DNA from: Euglena gracilis
Lineage: Eukaryota
Assembly: GCA_039621445.1 (NCBI GenBank)
Contig: CP154954.1
Location: 24,130,954-24,194,953, forward strand
DNA length: 64,000 nucleotides
Direction of reading: 5' to 3'
Shown here: positions 34,541 to 45,600 of the stretch, in pieces
How positions within the stretch are numbered: position 1 is the stretch's first letter
Layout: each line of letters opens with the position of its first letter
Made by a program: the position numbers and the translations under genes
The notes under the pieces: generated by a model
What the model saw: only the letters and a program-made list of their open reading frames with translations
What the model was told of the DNA's origin: nothing
Database searches by the model: none

Positions 34541-35359
34541 ATTCCATACGCGTTTCGCGTATTCATGCACCCGATTTCCGGGTTGTAGTGAAGAAACACA
34601 ATGAATGGATCCACAAACATGCGGGCTGTGTTCCACTACCTCAGTCTGGGGTTTTCCCCATTCCGCATCAAATTCGTACCAAGTGTAATCGGGATGGTGG
34701 TTGGGAATAACGCTTTTCGCGTTTCCAAACAACGAGGCTAATCCGCGTTGTTGGAGTACTCGGTGTATCTCCGCGCATTGCGGGCTACAACCAAGTGTAT
34801 CCTGGGGCGTGGATTCCGTTTTCGGAATTGTGATTAGTGTCGTTTTTTGAAATAAACATCCACAATCGAAATCCGATTGGGTGGAAATTATCCTGCAGTG
34901 CACACACTGGAAGGAAGTGTGGTGGTGTGACGGGTGTGCGTGTAAGTGGCTGTCGGTGGCATTAGCCGATGCGTCTTGTACAGGTGTGCCTGGATTCGGC
35001 ACAACTGGTGGGAAACAGAGTTGTGGTGTTGCTGGGCGACTACTCGACACCGTGATCACTGCAGGCCTTTGGGCTTTCGTCTTGTAACCCAGTGGAACGG
35101 CGGGGGTACCGCTACTCGCTTGCCCTACCTCATGTGGAACGCATGTAGGTGTGTCATTGGGTAGGGGGGAGGCTTTTTTCCGTACCCCGGGTGTGGAAAA
35201 CGGTTGTTGGTGTGGTGGATAACGGTGTTGCCATTGTGGGTAACGGTGTTTGAAAAGTGGTGGTCATCATAGTGGATTCCAACGGTGATGGTGGTTTGGG
35301 TGGCATTGAAGTGTTGTGTGCTGTGCGCAAACCGTGGGAGTGGCAATCCACAACCAATC

Positions 35360-35720
35360 GGTGCTGGCGTAACAGTTGGTATCCCAAAATTACGTCAGAC
35401 CCGTGAATTACGGACTCGTAACCCCAAATATTGGTGAAGTGTTGTAATTGCGGGGGGTGTGTGAGTGATGCTTGGGAATGATGGGCAAGAGTATCTCGAG
35501 CACACGTCCCAAATCACCACCGCACATGGGGGTATTATCCGCGGTTGTAATTTTGATCTGTTTCTTGGCGCTTACCAAGAGAGGGGTCGATATCAACCCC
35601 AACCGAAAGAGCAGTGCAACGCGACAACCAGTGTCAATTAAAATTTTAACTTTGGTTGAGAAATTTTGAATGCGGATTTCCGCTTGGACGAGTAATTTCA
35701 TTGGTGGTACGCAAAGTGAA
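35360..35720 (-). pseudogene. Element B1 aspartic protease
   Basis: KILIDTGCRVALL; DVILGY after a frameshift. Confidence 0.85.
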
Positions 35721-35999
35721 GGGTCTGGCGGAAATACGTTTGCATGCCAACTTTCCATGAACCCTTTCCTACTTTGCTCAGCCTTCCGATCGGTACTGTG
35801 GAGTGGGGGGTAGGGGACCCGAAATAATTCCGGGTACCGACCGTGAAGGCGGATGGGCAGGGGGAGCAAGGTTGATCAGGTCTTACCTCCATCTGTTCAT
35901 CAGCCCAGAGGTCCGTGCCCTCGGTCCTCGGGCTCCCCTACTCCAAGTCAGAACCGGCCGCATAGCCGGCAACGGACTTTTTGGTCGAATAGATGGAAT

Positions 36000-38900
36000 T
36001 CAATGAGCGCACCGCCATTCGGGCCTCATTAAATTCACCGTCCGAGGTCTCATCCCCCTCCCTGCCCGAAGCCGAGGTGTCCTCCTCCAAACAAGAAATC
36101 TTGAAAGCGACTTTTTGCCGGTTGGAGGAGTTACCACGGTCCTCGCGGCGCTTACCGCGATGTCCATAGCCGGGCCGGGGGGAACGAGATCAGGGACATT
36201 TGGATGAGCGGTGGTCTTTGGAACCGCAAAGTGAACAACGGGATTTGTGGCGGGATTCCGCATAAGGGGGGAACGGTACTCCGCTCTTCCGTCAAACCGT
36301 CGTGGAGAACGGGTTTCCCGTCGACCATGACCGGTGTACCGGGGTTCCCTCGCTGACTCGCGCGAAGAGGGTGATCCACTTCGCGAACGAGATCCTGAAG
36401 AATGGCGATTGAAATCCTGTTTCGGGTAGGGGGACCAGGTGACCGACCGCGAGAAGGACGGGTTTCCCGACCATCACGTGATGGTGACTTGGACCTACTA
36501 CCGCTAAAACGGTTCTCCGAAGTAGGTGAAACTCCCGATTGACGTGGAAATGCCGAGGAACCCGATCCCCGTGAGGAGGTCGAGCCCCTTGGGCTTCCAA
36601 TACGCTTTCGCGCGTCGGGATTCGGGCATTCCCAAGACACGTAACCAGATTTGTTGCACAAAAAGCACAGTTTATCCGTGCGTTGGTCCGAACAACGCTG
36701 ATTCCGCGTCTTCGGTCCCGTGGTGGGTGATCTCGGTGACATGGGTGCTTTTTTCAACGCATCGGCCGCACCCGCGGGGATTCCCGCGGTGGGATGCGTT
36801 TGGAAAGCGGACTGTATTTGTCCCAAAATTTGTGTGAGCTTGAGTTGCTTTGACACATAATTCCAACGTTGGGCAAGGGTCATCTCATGCCTCACCAACT
36901 CCTCGCGATGGATATCCTTCACGAGAGATGGTGTGAAATGCAACAAAACCGCATCGAATTGTTCGCACATTTGCTTCTCGCTAAGTTCATCAACTTCGGA
37001 AGCAAGTGCTAACCATCTGGCATACAAAAGGTCAATGGATTTCCATTTGCGATCCGATGGCTCGCATTGTCGCCATTTCTTCTCCAGGGTAATCCTGGTG
37101 ACCAGACTTGAGTTGGTTGAAGCGTATTGCTCAACCAGGTCATCGAATGACATGCCATTACGTATCACCAAACTTCGTGCGCGTTCTCGCTCCTCCCTCG
37201 GTTGCTAATCGATGAATTCCATCTTGACTACCTCGGGATTTGGGTCTTGGGTGGGTCCCTTAAGTGCCCAGTAGTACTCCCAGTCCCGAAAAAATTGTCT
37301 CCGTTTGGTTGGATCCCCGTCCCATTGGGGTTTCACCTTGTTCGCGATTACCATGGTGCCCTTGAAGTCTCTCTGAGTAACCCGCTGACCCTCGGTGGTA
37401 TTCCAGGGGTTTGGGTCCGGGTAATTCTTAACACCAAACGCGTTTCGCGGATTTACCGCTCCAGCTGTACCCCGTGCAGGATTTCCCGCACCAAGTTTAG
37501 GGGTGACAGTATTTTCCTGCTGGAATTGCGGAAAAGTGGTTAAATTCTCCCGGTGGGGCGGGTTTCCCACCGAAAACCCGATGGGTGATCTGGTATTCCA
37601 GAACCCGTTGGTGGTTGGTATGATCGCGAATGCGACACATGACCAATACCAGGTGTGGGGTGTTGGCTCATTCCTCGCACAAGGTTGGAATGTTGAATTT
37701 CTTGGTGGAGACTCGAATTTTCCAGCGGTGGATCAATTTACTTGTCGGAAATGTCCTGTGAAAAGTGGGTTTGTGATGTGGGCAAATACAAAGATGGTAC
37801 AATTCGAGTTTTCGCGGGTGGTTGTACCAAATTCGCGGTGGATGTAGTAATTCCTACTCCAGAAACGGTAATTTGATAACGCCATTCCGGGACATTTGGA
37901 ATTCCAACCGCAGCGCTTACCGCGGTGGGTGGTGGCACAACCGGTACCGGAGTGGATATTGTATCCAAACTCGCAGACAAGTCATGCACCGTTTCTTCCA
38001 AATGTTCCACCAACTGGAGTTGACCGCAAATACGGTCAACCTCAGTTTCCAAATGCCGAATGCGTTTGCGGTACCGGGAAAAATCTTCCAAGTGTGGCAA
38101 CTTTTCAGAAACCAAGTGTAAAGCTTGGACAAGCTTTCCTTGGGACTCCTCCACATTGCCCCGCAAGCGCTTTTACCGCATTTGAGACTGTTTGCATTTG
38201 GTGAGGTGGCTTGGTGGAGGTTTCCGCGGTGGTTCGCGAATTTTCCGCGGTTGGCTTTTCAAACAACGCAGAAGTTCGTCCATCCAACCGTGAAACCTCA
38301 TCTTGCATGGATCGCGCATTCCGCTTCACAGATTCCTCAAGTTGGAGCAAACTTGTGCAAAATGCTTGCAAGGTTTCCTTGTTGTCACCAAGCATTTTGT
38401 CATAAAATCAACGAAATTCCGGTGACTCGGATATCCGAGTGCGCGAAACATTGGGAAGTGAGCGAATTTCCGCTAATGTGGTGGACAAGAAGGTACAACG
38501 GGTTTGCAATTCCTAAATAGCGGCTTGAACACCACTAATGTCGGGAATTAGCTTGGAATGTGCGGAAATGTGCTCCTGCAAACCGACAACGGTGGCATTA
38601 ATACCGCCAATGTCCGTTTGCATTTGTTGTTGCGCGAAATCGAACCGTTGTGCGCAATCCGCGATTTTCGCGTTCAAGGGGGGTAATGCATCCTGATTTG
38701 CGGCACAATGGCAGGACTTCTGCTCCAAGTGTAGGATTCGTTCCTCTAAAAGCTGGATTTGCGTACGGGGAACAAACTTTTCTTGCACTTTCGGCTGAAA
38801 TTGCGTCAAATGCTCTATTTCCGAGCAAAGAGGCAAAATCCGTTGTTGGGCTTCTTGGAAGGAAGTGGTGAGTGCGGCAAAATGCTCAACCGCAACAAAG

Positions 38901-39980
38901 TTACCGATTTCCGGCACTTTGGGGGTGGCATTTTGCGCGTGTAACTGTTGCTGCAATTGCAGTAGCATTGTTGAAAAAGATTCCACTTTGGCAAAAAGAT
39001 GGCTCATACCATCTTGCACGTGCAGAAACTTGGAATCATTCCGTGTTTCCGCTTCATGCAGTGTTTCACTGATTTGTTGGAAATTTTGTGGAAGCTGGGT
39101 GCGCAAAATACTGTCAACACTTTCTCGAAAATGCTGAAGGTCTTTCCCCGCATTTCCAAAATTGTGTTGGCAATGTTTGCCGATTTTCTGCAGATAATTC
39201 CAGCAATATTTCAGTTTGGTGTTGACAACCCTTTGATTGTCCTCATCAAACTGCAAAACATTGTTGATCATGGTTGCATATTCCGCAACGCATTGGTGGA
39301 CGTGCAAAATTTGCTTGATCAGCAGGTGATCCTCTGGGAGTTGACGAGAATTCGGTAAATATCACCGGGGGTGAGGTTATCCCTCAAATCATCCTCATAG
39401 TCCTCCATAACGGAAACGGCACCCGGGAATTCTGGCACCACCAGACACATATCTGGGTTCCGGGGCAAAGCAGGGAAAACCGCAGTTTGCGCGGGTAATC
39501 CCGGCAATGCGCGAAATGGTGTGCGGGTAGGTAATTGAGGGGGGGGGTTGGAAAAAACACGGTGTTTCCACCGAGTTGCACTCCAAAAGGCCCACCGGTT
39601 CTTCCGCCGGGGATCTTTTGGGTGTGAACAGAGCAAAGGGCAAATACCCCTCACTTTGTTCATGGGTAACCAAGTGTAAAGGCAAACGGGGTTCATCCCC
39701 ATTGTCCTTGTGATCCAAATGGGCTTGGGCAAGGGGCTAATCCCCTCGCCGCATTAATGATTGGTGGACCGGGATGGAGGTAGGCATTTTGTTACGTACA
39801 TCCCGCACAATCAACGACAATGGCGATGAAGAGGGTTCATTACCTCCTTGCAACAATAAAGGCGTTTCGCCTTGTGACAATGACAATTGGTGCAATTTGT
39901 CTTCTTGTTGTCGGGAATTTTTTGGAACTTGTTTCCATCGAACCGTTCCAATCCCCGCCGTCTTCTTCAAGATTGCTCAA
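36000..39980 (-). pseudogene. gag: Element B1 very long Gag-like ORF, broken
   Basis: Successive minus-strand ORFs: helical/coiled-coil region (38513-39307, 37738-38395), KPQWDGD..FFRDWEYYW, CFLCNKSGYVSWEC. Confidence 0.8.
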
Positions 39981-40286
39981 TGAACTCATCACCAATTCAT
40001 AGTCAAATTTTTGGTTGTGTGTTGTGCTCTGAATATTTTGAGATGGGTAAAAAGGTAAAAACCCAAAAACTCATAAAAATAAGCAGAGAAACAGGGACCA
40101 GAAAGGTTGTATCGGCGACTACCGAACAGAGCCTTCTGAGACCTGTATCCTTGCTTAAAGGTTGGCTAGGGGCCAGGAATAGTAATTTCACCGTGTTTCA
40201 CGGCGCAGTACGATCCTCACCACCAGTCAACCACAGAGTTTCTTTGTGTGGAACGTCTGTATGGGATATATGGATCGTTGCCTAAA

Positions 40287-40296
40287 TCTGCTACCA
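40287..40296 (-). promoter_or_regulatory. PBS of element B1, tRNA-iMet-like
   Basis: TGGTAGCAGA directly after the 5' LTR on the minus strand. Confidence 0.8.
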
Positions 40297-40725
40297 AGTG
40301 TACGTCCAAAGCTTTCCCCTTTTCCCATTTTTGGGACTTTCTGAAAAAGCCTTTCGCTTTCGCCTTGGTGCGCAACCTTCTTATGGTAGGGAAAAGTCTT
40401 TGGAGTAACAAAAAGTGGTTTTCCCCTTTTGTTCCAAATTCCCCAAGAGGCAAGGCACAAGACAAAGACTTCAGAAGTTTCCGCTGAAGTCAAGTTCAGT
40501 TGTTTTGAGGGTTTTTCCCTCATACAAAACCCATGGTGAAACTTTGGGACGATGACAGTAAAAAATACCACCTGTGGGGGAAGGAGATAAAAGTGCTGAC
40601 GCGTCCAGGGGCAGATCCCAGAAGGGTCTGCCACGATCTTACCAACTGTGGGTTCCACAGTGGTGCGATCGTCACAGAACCCACTCTGCAGATATCCTAC
40701 AGAGCTGGGACGTGCCTGGTACACA
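40297..40725 (-). repeat. 5' LTR of element B1
   Basis: Minus strand TGTGTAC...GTACACT; repeat of 4528-4955. Confidence 0.93.
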
Positions 40726-41365
40726 CCTTGACACCACCCCGCACCTGGACGTGAGTCATTTGATGGTCCATGAAACACACACTGGTCTGCTGCAGCCTGA
40801 GCACATCAAGAACGTCTGGAACTTCTACTGCGATGCCGGTGCTGATTATTTGGATGCCGTTGTTGCGCTTCGTAACACTCCTACAGACCACTCTCCAGGG
40901 ACAAACATCTGCGGGTTCTTCCACGCGCAACTGCGCAAGCATCATGGACTGACGGGCCGGAAGGATTTGGACAAAACCGCCATGTGGTTGGACCTGATCG
41001 CGCGCTCGTGGGATTACTCCATCCTGGAGTTCCCAATGACTCCGGCTGTCATGGACACACGAGGCCCTGAACCACAACAGGTGCAACGTCTCCGTACGGT
41101 ACAGCAAACGGAGTTGCTGCAGCGTATGGAATCCCAGTTCCTCAGTGAGGCCCATTCCATGACGAACGAACAGCGGTGGAACACGTACAAGACGTTCCTC
41201 GGTGCTGGTGGCACCTTCCAAATGCCGGATCACACGGTTACCGGACTGGCACAAAGGGGATTCGTCACAAGACGCTCAGCACAAACCAAATTGGGGAAGG
41301 ACGAGCTCAAAGTCATCAAGAAGGCACTCACCTCTTTGGCAGCAAAGGGTTCCTCCCAAAGTTGA
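40726..41365 (+). pseudogene. Mutator-like transposase, 3' part
   Basis: In-frame continuation ALDL-DTTPHLD; GTNICGFFHAQL fits the TNxxExxH motif with G in place of the catalytic E. Confidence 0.65.
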
Positions 41366-42909
41366 CAACGTTGTTGGTGATGCTCCAACAACAGCTAGGG
41401 GGAGGGATGGGATTGAATGTCAGGACAAATTTTCTTTCACAACAAATTTCCAGTGTAACAGCCAGATTTCTTGTGTGTGCAAACTGGACTGTTTTATTAA
41501 ATGCTGCAGCTAGCTATGGTCTGGGGGGGGATGTCTGGTCAGCTTTGCCGACATGGTCATGGGAAGATTCCGGAACGTTCCACGCTGGATCGCCATTTGC
41601 AAGCTGGGAAATGCCCGCACTGCGGCATGGGTGACCCGTGTGCTGAGGGCTCTGCTGAAGGGCATGCATCGTGCAGCTCTGCAGCAAGGAACAACCACAG
41701 AAGCCCTGCCGGTTAACTTCAGCCAATTTAAACAGGAGGAGACCACGGCCGAAGAGGCAGACTCCGAGGGGGCTCTGAATCCACTGTCTCCTTGCCAAAC
41801 TAATGCCTCACTATACACTATACACTATACACTATACACACCCCTATCTTCTTTCGGTCACAGGAAACTCAACGGTACAGTCTCCTGGACAATTATGTGC
41901 CACTTGCACAACGGCCGCCGCCGGTGGAGTTGGACGTGTCCCCCCAGCCAGTATTTGCAACCCCAACAGGAAACACTCCAATAAATCTCCTCCTGGAGCG
42001 CCGAAGGCTGCGGGATTTGGTGTCTCAGGACCAGGCGTGTGCTTAGTCGGCTTGCCCCCCCTTCCTCACCCCCCCCGGTCAGTGAGCACAAGCATACACC
42101 GGACGTGATACAACCACTACCTCAACACACTGACAGCGTGCAGGAACAGCAACCCATCCCCCCTCCCAAAAGTGACCGGAAGAAGCGTAAGCAGAAGCGC
42201 CCCGTCAAGGGCTCCCAGGTCTCCTTCAACGGAGTCCATATCCACTGTCCAAATTGCGGTTGGGGGAGTTACTCTCTGTGGGTGGTCATTTCATTCAAAG
42301 CTTTAACACAAGATGAATATGGTAAAAAGCACATGACCACTAATTTTTCGTTTAAATGAGGAACACCGGCCGCAGTTGCATCACACCGTTTACCCGTCGA
42401 TTGTTGACGCGTTGTTGGCCAAAATTTGTCCACGCAAACGATTTTGTTATTGGGGAGCTGGGGGAGTGGGGGGTGAGGGGTAGGGGGGTGGGGGAGGGGG
42501 GTGGGGGAGGGGGGGGTCTGGGGGGGAGGGGGCCGGGGGAAGGGGCCCGCCCTCTACCGCCCCCCTCCTCCCTCCCCCATCCCCCTGCCCCCCTCCCCCC
42601 CGGGCACACCAGAAGGTTTAACTCTATTCGGTTGCATCTATCTGAGAGCATTTCCCCCCCTCCACTCTGTCGTCTTGTTGCGCGATTGTAGTTTTCTAAT
42701 TGCAGAAGTCCCCTAAGTGTCCCTCCCACCCTCCCTTCATCACCACACACAACTAGCCAACACTCCAGATGTTTCACATGTCTTCTTCTTGTGCGTTGCA
42801 GTGCCTGTAATAAGTAATTCTGTAACTTTTGTTGTTCGAATGGGCAGCACCACGCACTGCATGACTACACTCCACCTGTCCCACTCTCGGCCTCTGTACA
42901 AAACTGGTT

Positions 42910-43620
42910 CCCTGAGCCTCTATGGAGCCTCCCTAAAGCCTCCCCTCCAGGGAGCCTCCCTGGAGGCTGGTTACCTGAGCCTCCCTGGAGCCTCTCTGGA
43001 GCCTCCCCTCGAGAGAGCCTCCCTTGAGGCTGGTTATCTGAGCCTCCCTGGAGCCTCCCTGGAGCCTGCCATCCAGGGAGCCTCCCTGGAGGCTGGTTAC
43101 TGAGCCTCCCTGGAGCCTCCCTGGAGCCTCACTGGAGTGGGGCCTCCCTGGAAGCTGGTTACCTGAGCCTCCCTGGAGCCTCCCTGGAGCCTCCCTGGAG
43201 CCTCCCTGGAGCCTCCCTAGAGCCTCCCTGGAGCCTCCTTGGAGCCTCCCTGAATCCTCCAGTAGGTAACCTCCAGGGCAGGATTCCATTTTTTCGGTAG
43301 AACCGGTGGAGGGGGACGTTGTGTAATTTTTTCTGTTCGAGTCGGCAGCACCACGCACTGCATCACTACACTCCACCTGTCCCACTCTCGGCCTCTGTAC
43401 AAAATTGGTTATATGGGCCTCCCTGGAGCCTCACTGGAGCCTCCCCTCCAGGGTTCCTCCCTGGAGGCTGGTTACCTGAGCCTCCCTGGAGCCTCCCTGG
43501 AGCCTCACTGGAGTGGAGCCTCCATGGAGGCTGGTTACCTAAGCCGCCCTGGAGCCTCCGTTGAGCCTCCCTGGAGCCTCCCTGGATCCTCCCTGGAGCC
43601 TCCAGTAGGTAACCTCTAGG
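42910..43620. repeat. GAGCCTCCCTG 11-bp satellite inside a larger duplication (42810-43320, 43320-43661)
   Basis: Many tandem gagcctccctg units interspersed with gaggctggttacct. Confidence 0.92.
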
Positions 43621-43660
43621 GCAGGATTCCATTTTTGCGGTAGAACCGGTGGAGGGGGAC

Positions 43661-45300
43661 GTGAGAAATCGGACGTTTTTCGCAGCCCGGACTCACACGA
43701 CACATGAAGGGGGAGGAAGGGAAAAAGAGGGCGGAGCACAAGAAGATGGTGACGTCCTGCTTTACTTTCCCGCTGTTCTGTTCTGGTGTGTTTGTGTGTG
43801 CGCGGTGGATGCTTCTTACTTGCTGCGCCTTTGTGTCCGGAGTTGGCGACGATGAGGCCTCCCCCGACACCTTGGCGAAGGTGAACCAGCGTGGCCCCCT
43901 TCTTGATGGTGAGGTAATGTGCAAACCCCTTAGGGCCATAATGTTTTCAATTTTTGGTACGACTCCCAGCCTCAAATAATGGGCCTGAAAAGCTCCAAAT
44001 GTTTTCCGCTGGCCCAGCTGCTGGACTTCTTCCACTGCATACCAGCATTCTTCAACCATAAAACCCCAGGCCGTTTTGGTACTGTGTGGTTTCCAGTGGG
44101 TGGTGTCCCTCTTGCAGAACTTCTTTGGTGAGGGAATTCACTCTGTCTGAGGTCAAAGGTCTTGACCATCCAAAGACCATAACAAATTTTTTGTGTCCAA
44201 CCATGCGGGCCGTCCTTTCCAAATGCCCTTTCAACAAATGCCAGGGGAGTAGGCTTTGTGGCAAACTCAGAATCTCTGCCCACCTGGGGTACTGCCACCC
44301 TTTCCTTTGCAACAAAAATGAAAATTTTCCTCCCACGAAACTGATTTTTCGCTGGGTTCTGGCTCGGTCAACCGCCCTGTGGAGGGCCAACAGCCTCCAG
44401 CAAATTATGAGTTTGCTTCTGAGCTCTTTGAAAGACAATTCAGACAGACGTTTCGAATTGCTACTGATGTTCTCTAGAAATTCAGTGGGGTCCAACAATG
44501 GGCACACCTGCAGACATGGGAATTTAATTTTCTTTTCAATGGAGCCAAAAGAGGGGAGAATCTCAATGAACCAAACCCTGGGAGTAACAAAGCTGCTGCA
44601 TATGCATTTCTTGCAGTGTTGAGGCTGTGAACAGCAAGATCAGGGATAGCCTCGGCCTTCTCGTGGTCTGTGCAGTCCTGCAGGGGCACCGCTTTGTGCA
44701 AAAAGTGGCCCACCAATGCCCTGAAGGCTGAGTCATATCTTTCGACATTTCCCAGTTTTTTTTATGTAAGTGTCGATGCTGGACATCGAAACTTCCTGGG
44801 ATTGTAATATTTGCCTGACACAATCAAGCAGGCCCAATTCCACCTTGGGGGGGGCATATCTTCCCCCCAGCAGTTGGTGAACATACCCCACTGGGGGGGG
44901 GGGGTACCAGCAAAACTTTGCTGCCTGGCTGCCTTATTGACATTAATTGGCGCCACCATGATCTCGAAACCCAGTGGGGTTCAGCATTAATCTCTTGACG
45001 CACTGGGGGATGATATGGAGGGTTTGCATAAACTGAGGGGAGAGCCGACCCGTTAAATCTGCCTTCAGAGCATCCACCAGCAAAGCCCCTTGGTGGGGGT
45101 ATCGAAAAATGAACTTGGGGTTTTTTTGTTGCTGGGTTTGCAAAACATGTCCACCTCTGGGGTGGCTCAAAAGAAAGGCTTTCTCTTGTTTTTGAAAGAT
45201 GGGGGAAGGTTTGTCTGCAGTGGGGAGGTACATGTATGGCTGGGGTGTGTGGGCTTGTTACCTTTTGGGAGGGCCTCCCCCCCAATGGCTGATGTTATCA
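43661..45300 (-). mobile_element. Decayed DIRS-like retroelement: Dam-like MTase followed by tyrosine recombinase
   Basis: EVDMFCKPSNKK..DALKAD..YANPPY (about 44980-45170); SKLIICWRLLALHRAVD (R), WKPHSTK, QQLGQRK..FQAHYLRL (catalytic Y). Many frameshifts; no RT seen. Confidence 0.75.
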
Positions 45301-45430
45301 TCTTGAATGCAGTGGCATCCACTGGCCTTCAGACTTTGAATCATACACTGGCCTCCATTGGCCTCTTGTTTTTGATTGAAATGGCCTCCAGTGGCCTTGA
45401 GATCTTCATGCTTCCCCCGGCCTCCATTTT

Positions 45431-45600
45431 GAGTGCCCATTTTGGCCTGGACCCAGTGTCTCACTTTTGAACTTTCTGGCATTGAACTTTTCAAAAGTTC
45501 CAGCACAGCACGAGCAAAGACAGGATTTCCTGAAAGTTCATTCAGTGACTCACGCAATCAGTGTAAGCATTTTGCTCCCTATAAAACAATTGGCGTTCTT
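45431..45600. repeat. ~170-bp direct repeat, second copy at 48098-48260
   Basis: gagtgcccatt.ttggcctggacccagtgtctcacttttga... in both places. Confidence 0.8.

Larger units (their letters stand above)
4528..40725 (-). mobile_element. Element B1: large Ty3/gypsy chromovirus (gag-PR-Dam-RT-RH-IN-chromo plus extra ORF3), about 16-17 kb without nested inserts, defective
   Basis: Paired ~428-bp LTRs at 40297-40725 and 4528-4955; TSD CCTTG at 4523-4527 and 40726-40730; PBS and PPT present; interrupted host ORF restored in frame. Confidence 0.92.

Noticed and set aside
41365-42300. Further exons and non-conventional introns of the transposase
   Set aside because: Coding-like pieces and a weak stem near 41965-42030 exist, but junctions could not be fixed unambiguously.
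42910-43620. CRISPR-like appearance of regular repeats (also 20655-21100 and 53933-54122)
   Set aside because: No unique spacers of constant length and no cas genes; these are satellites in eukaryotic DNA.
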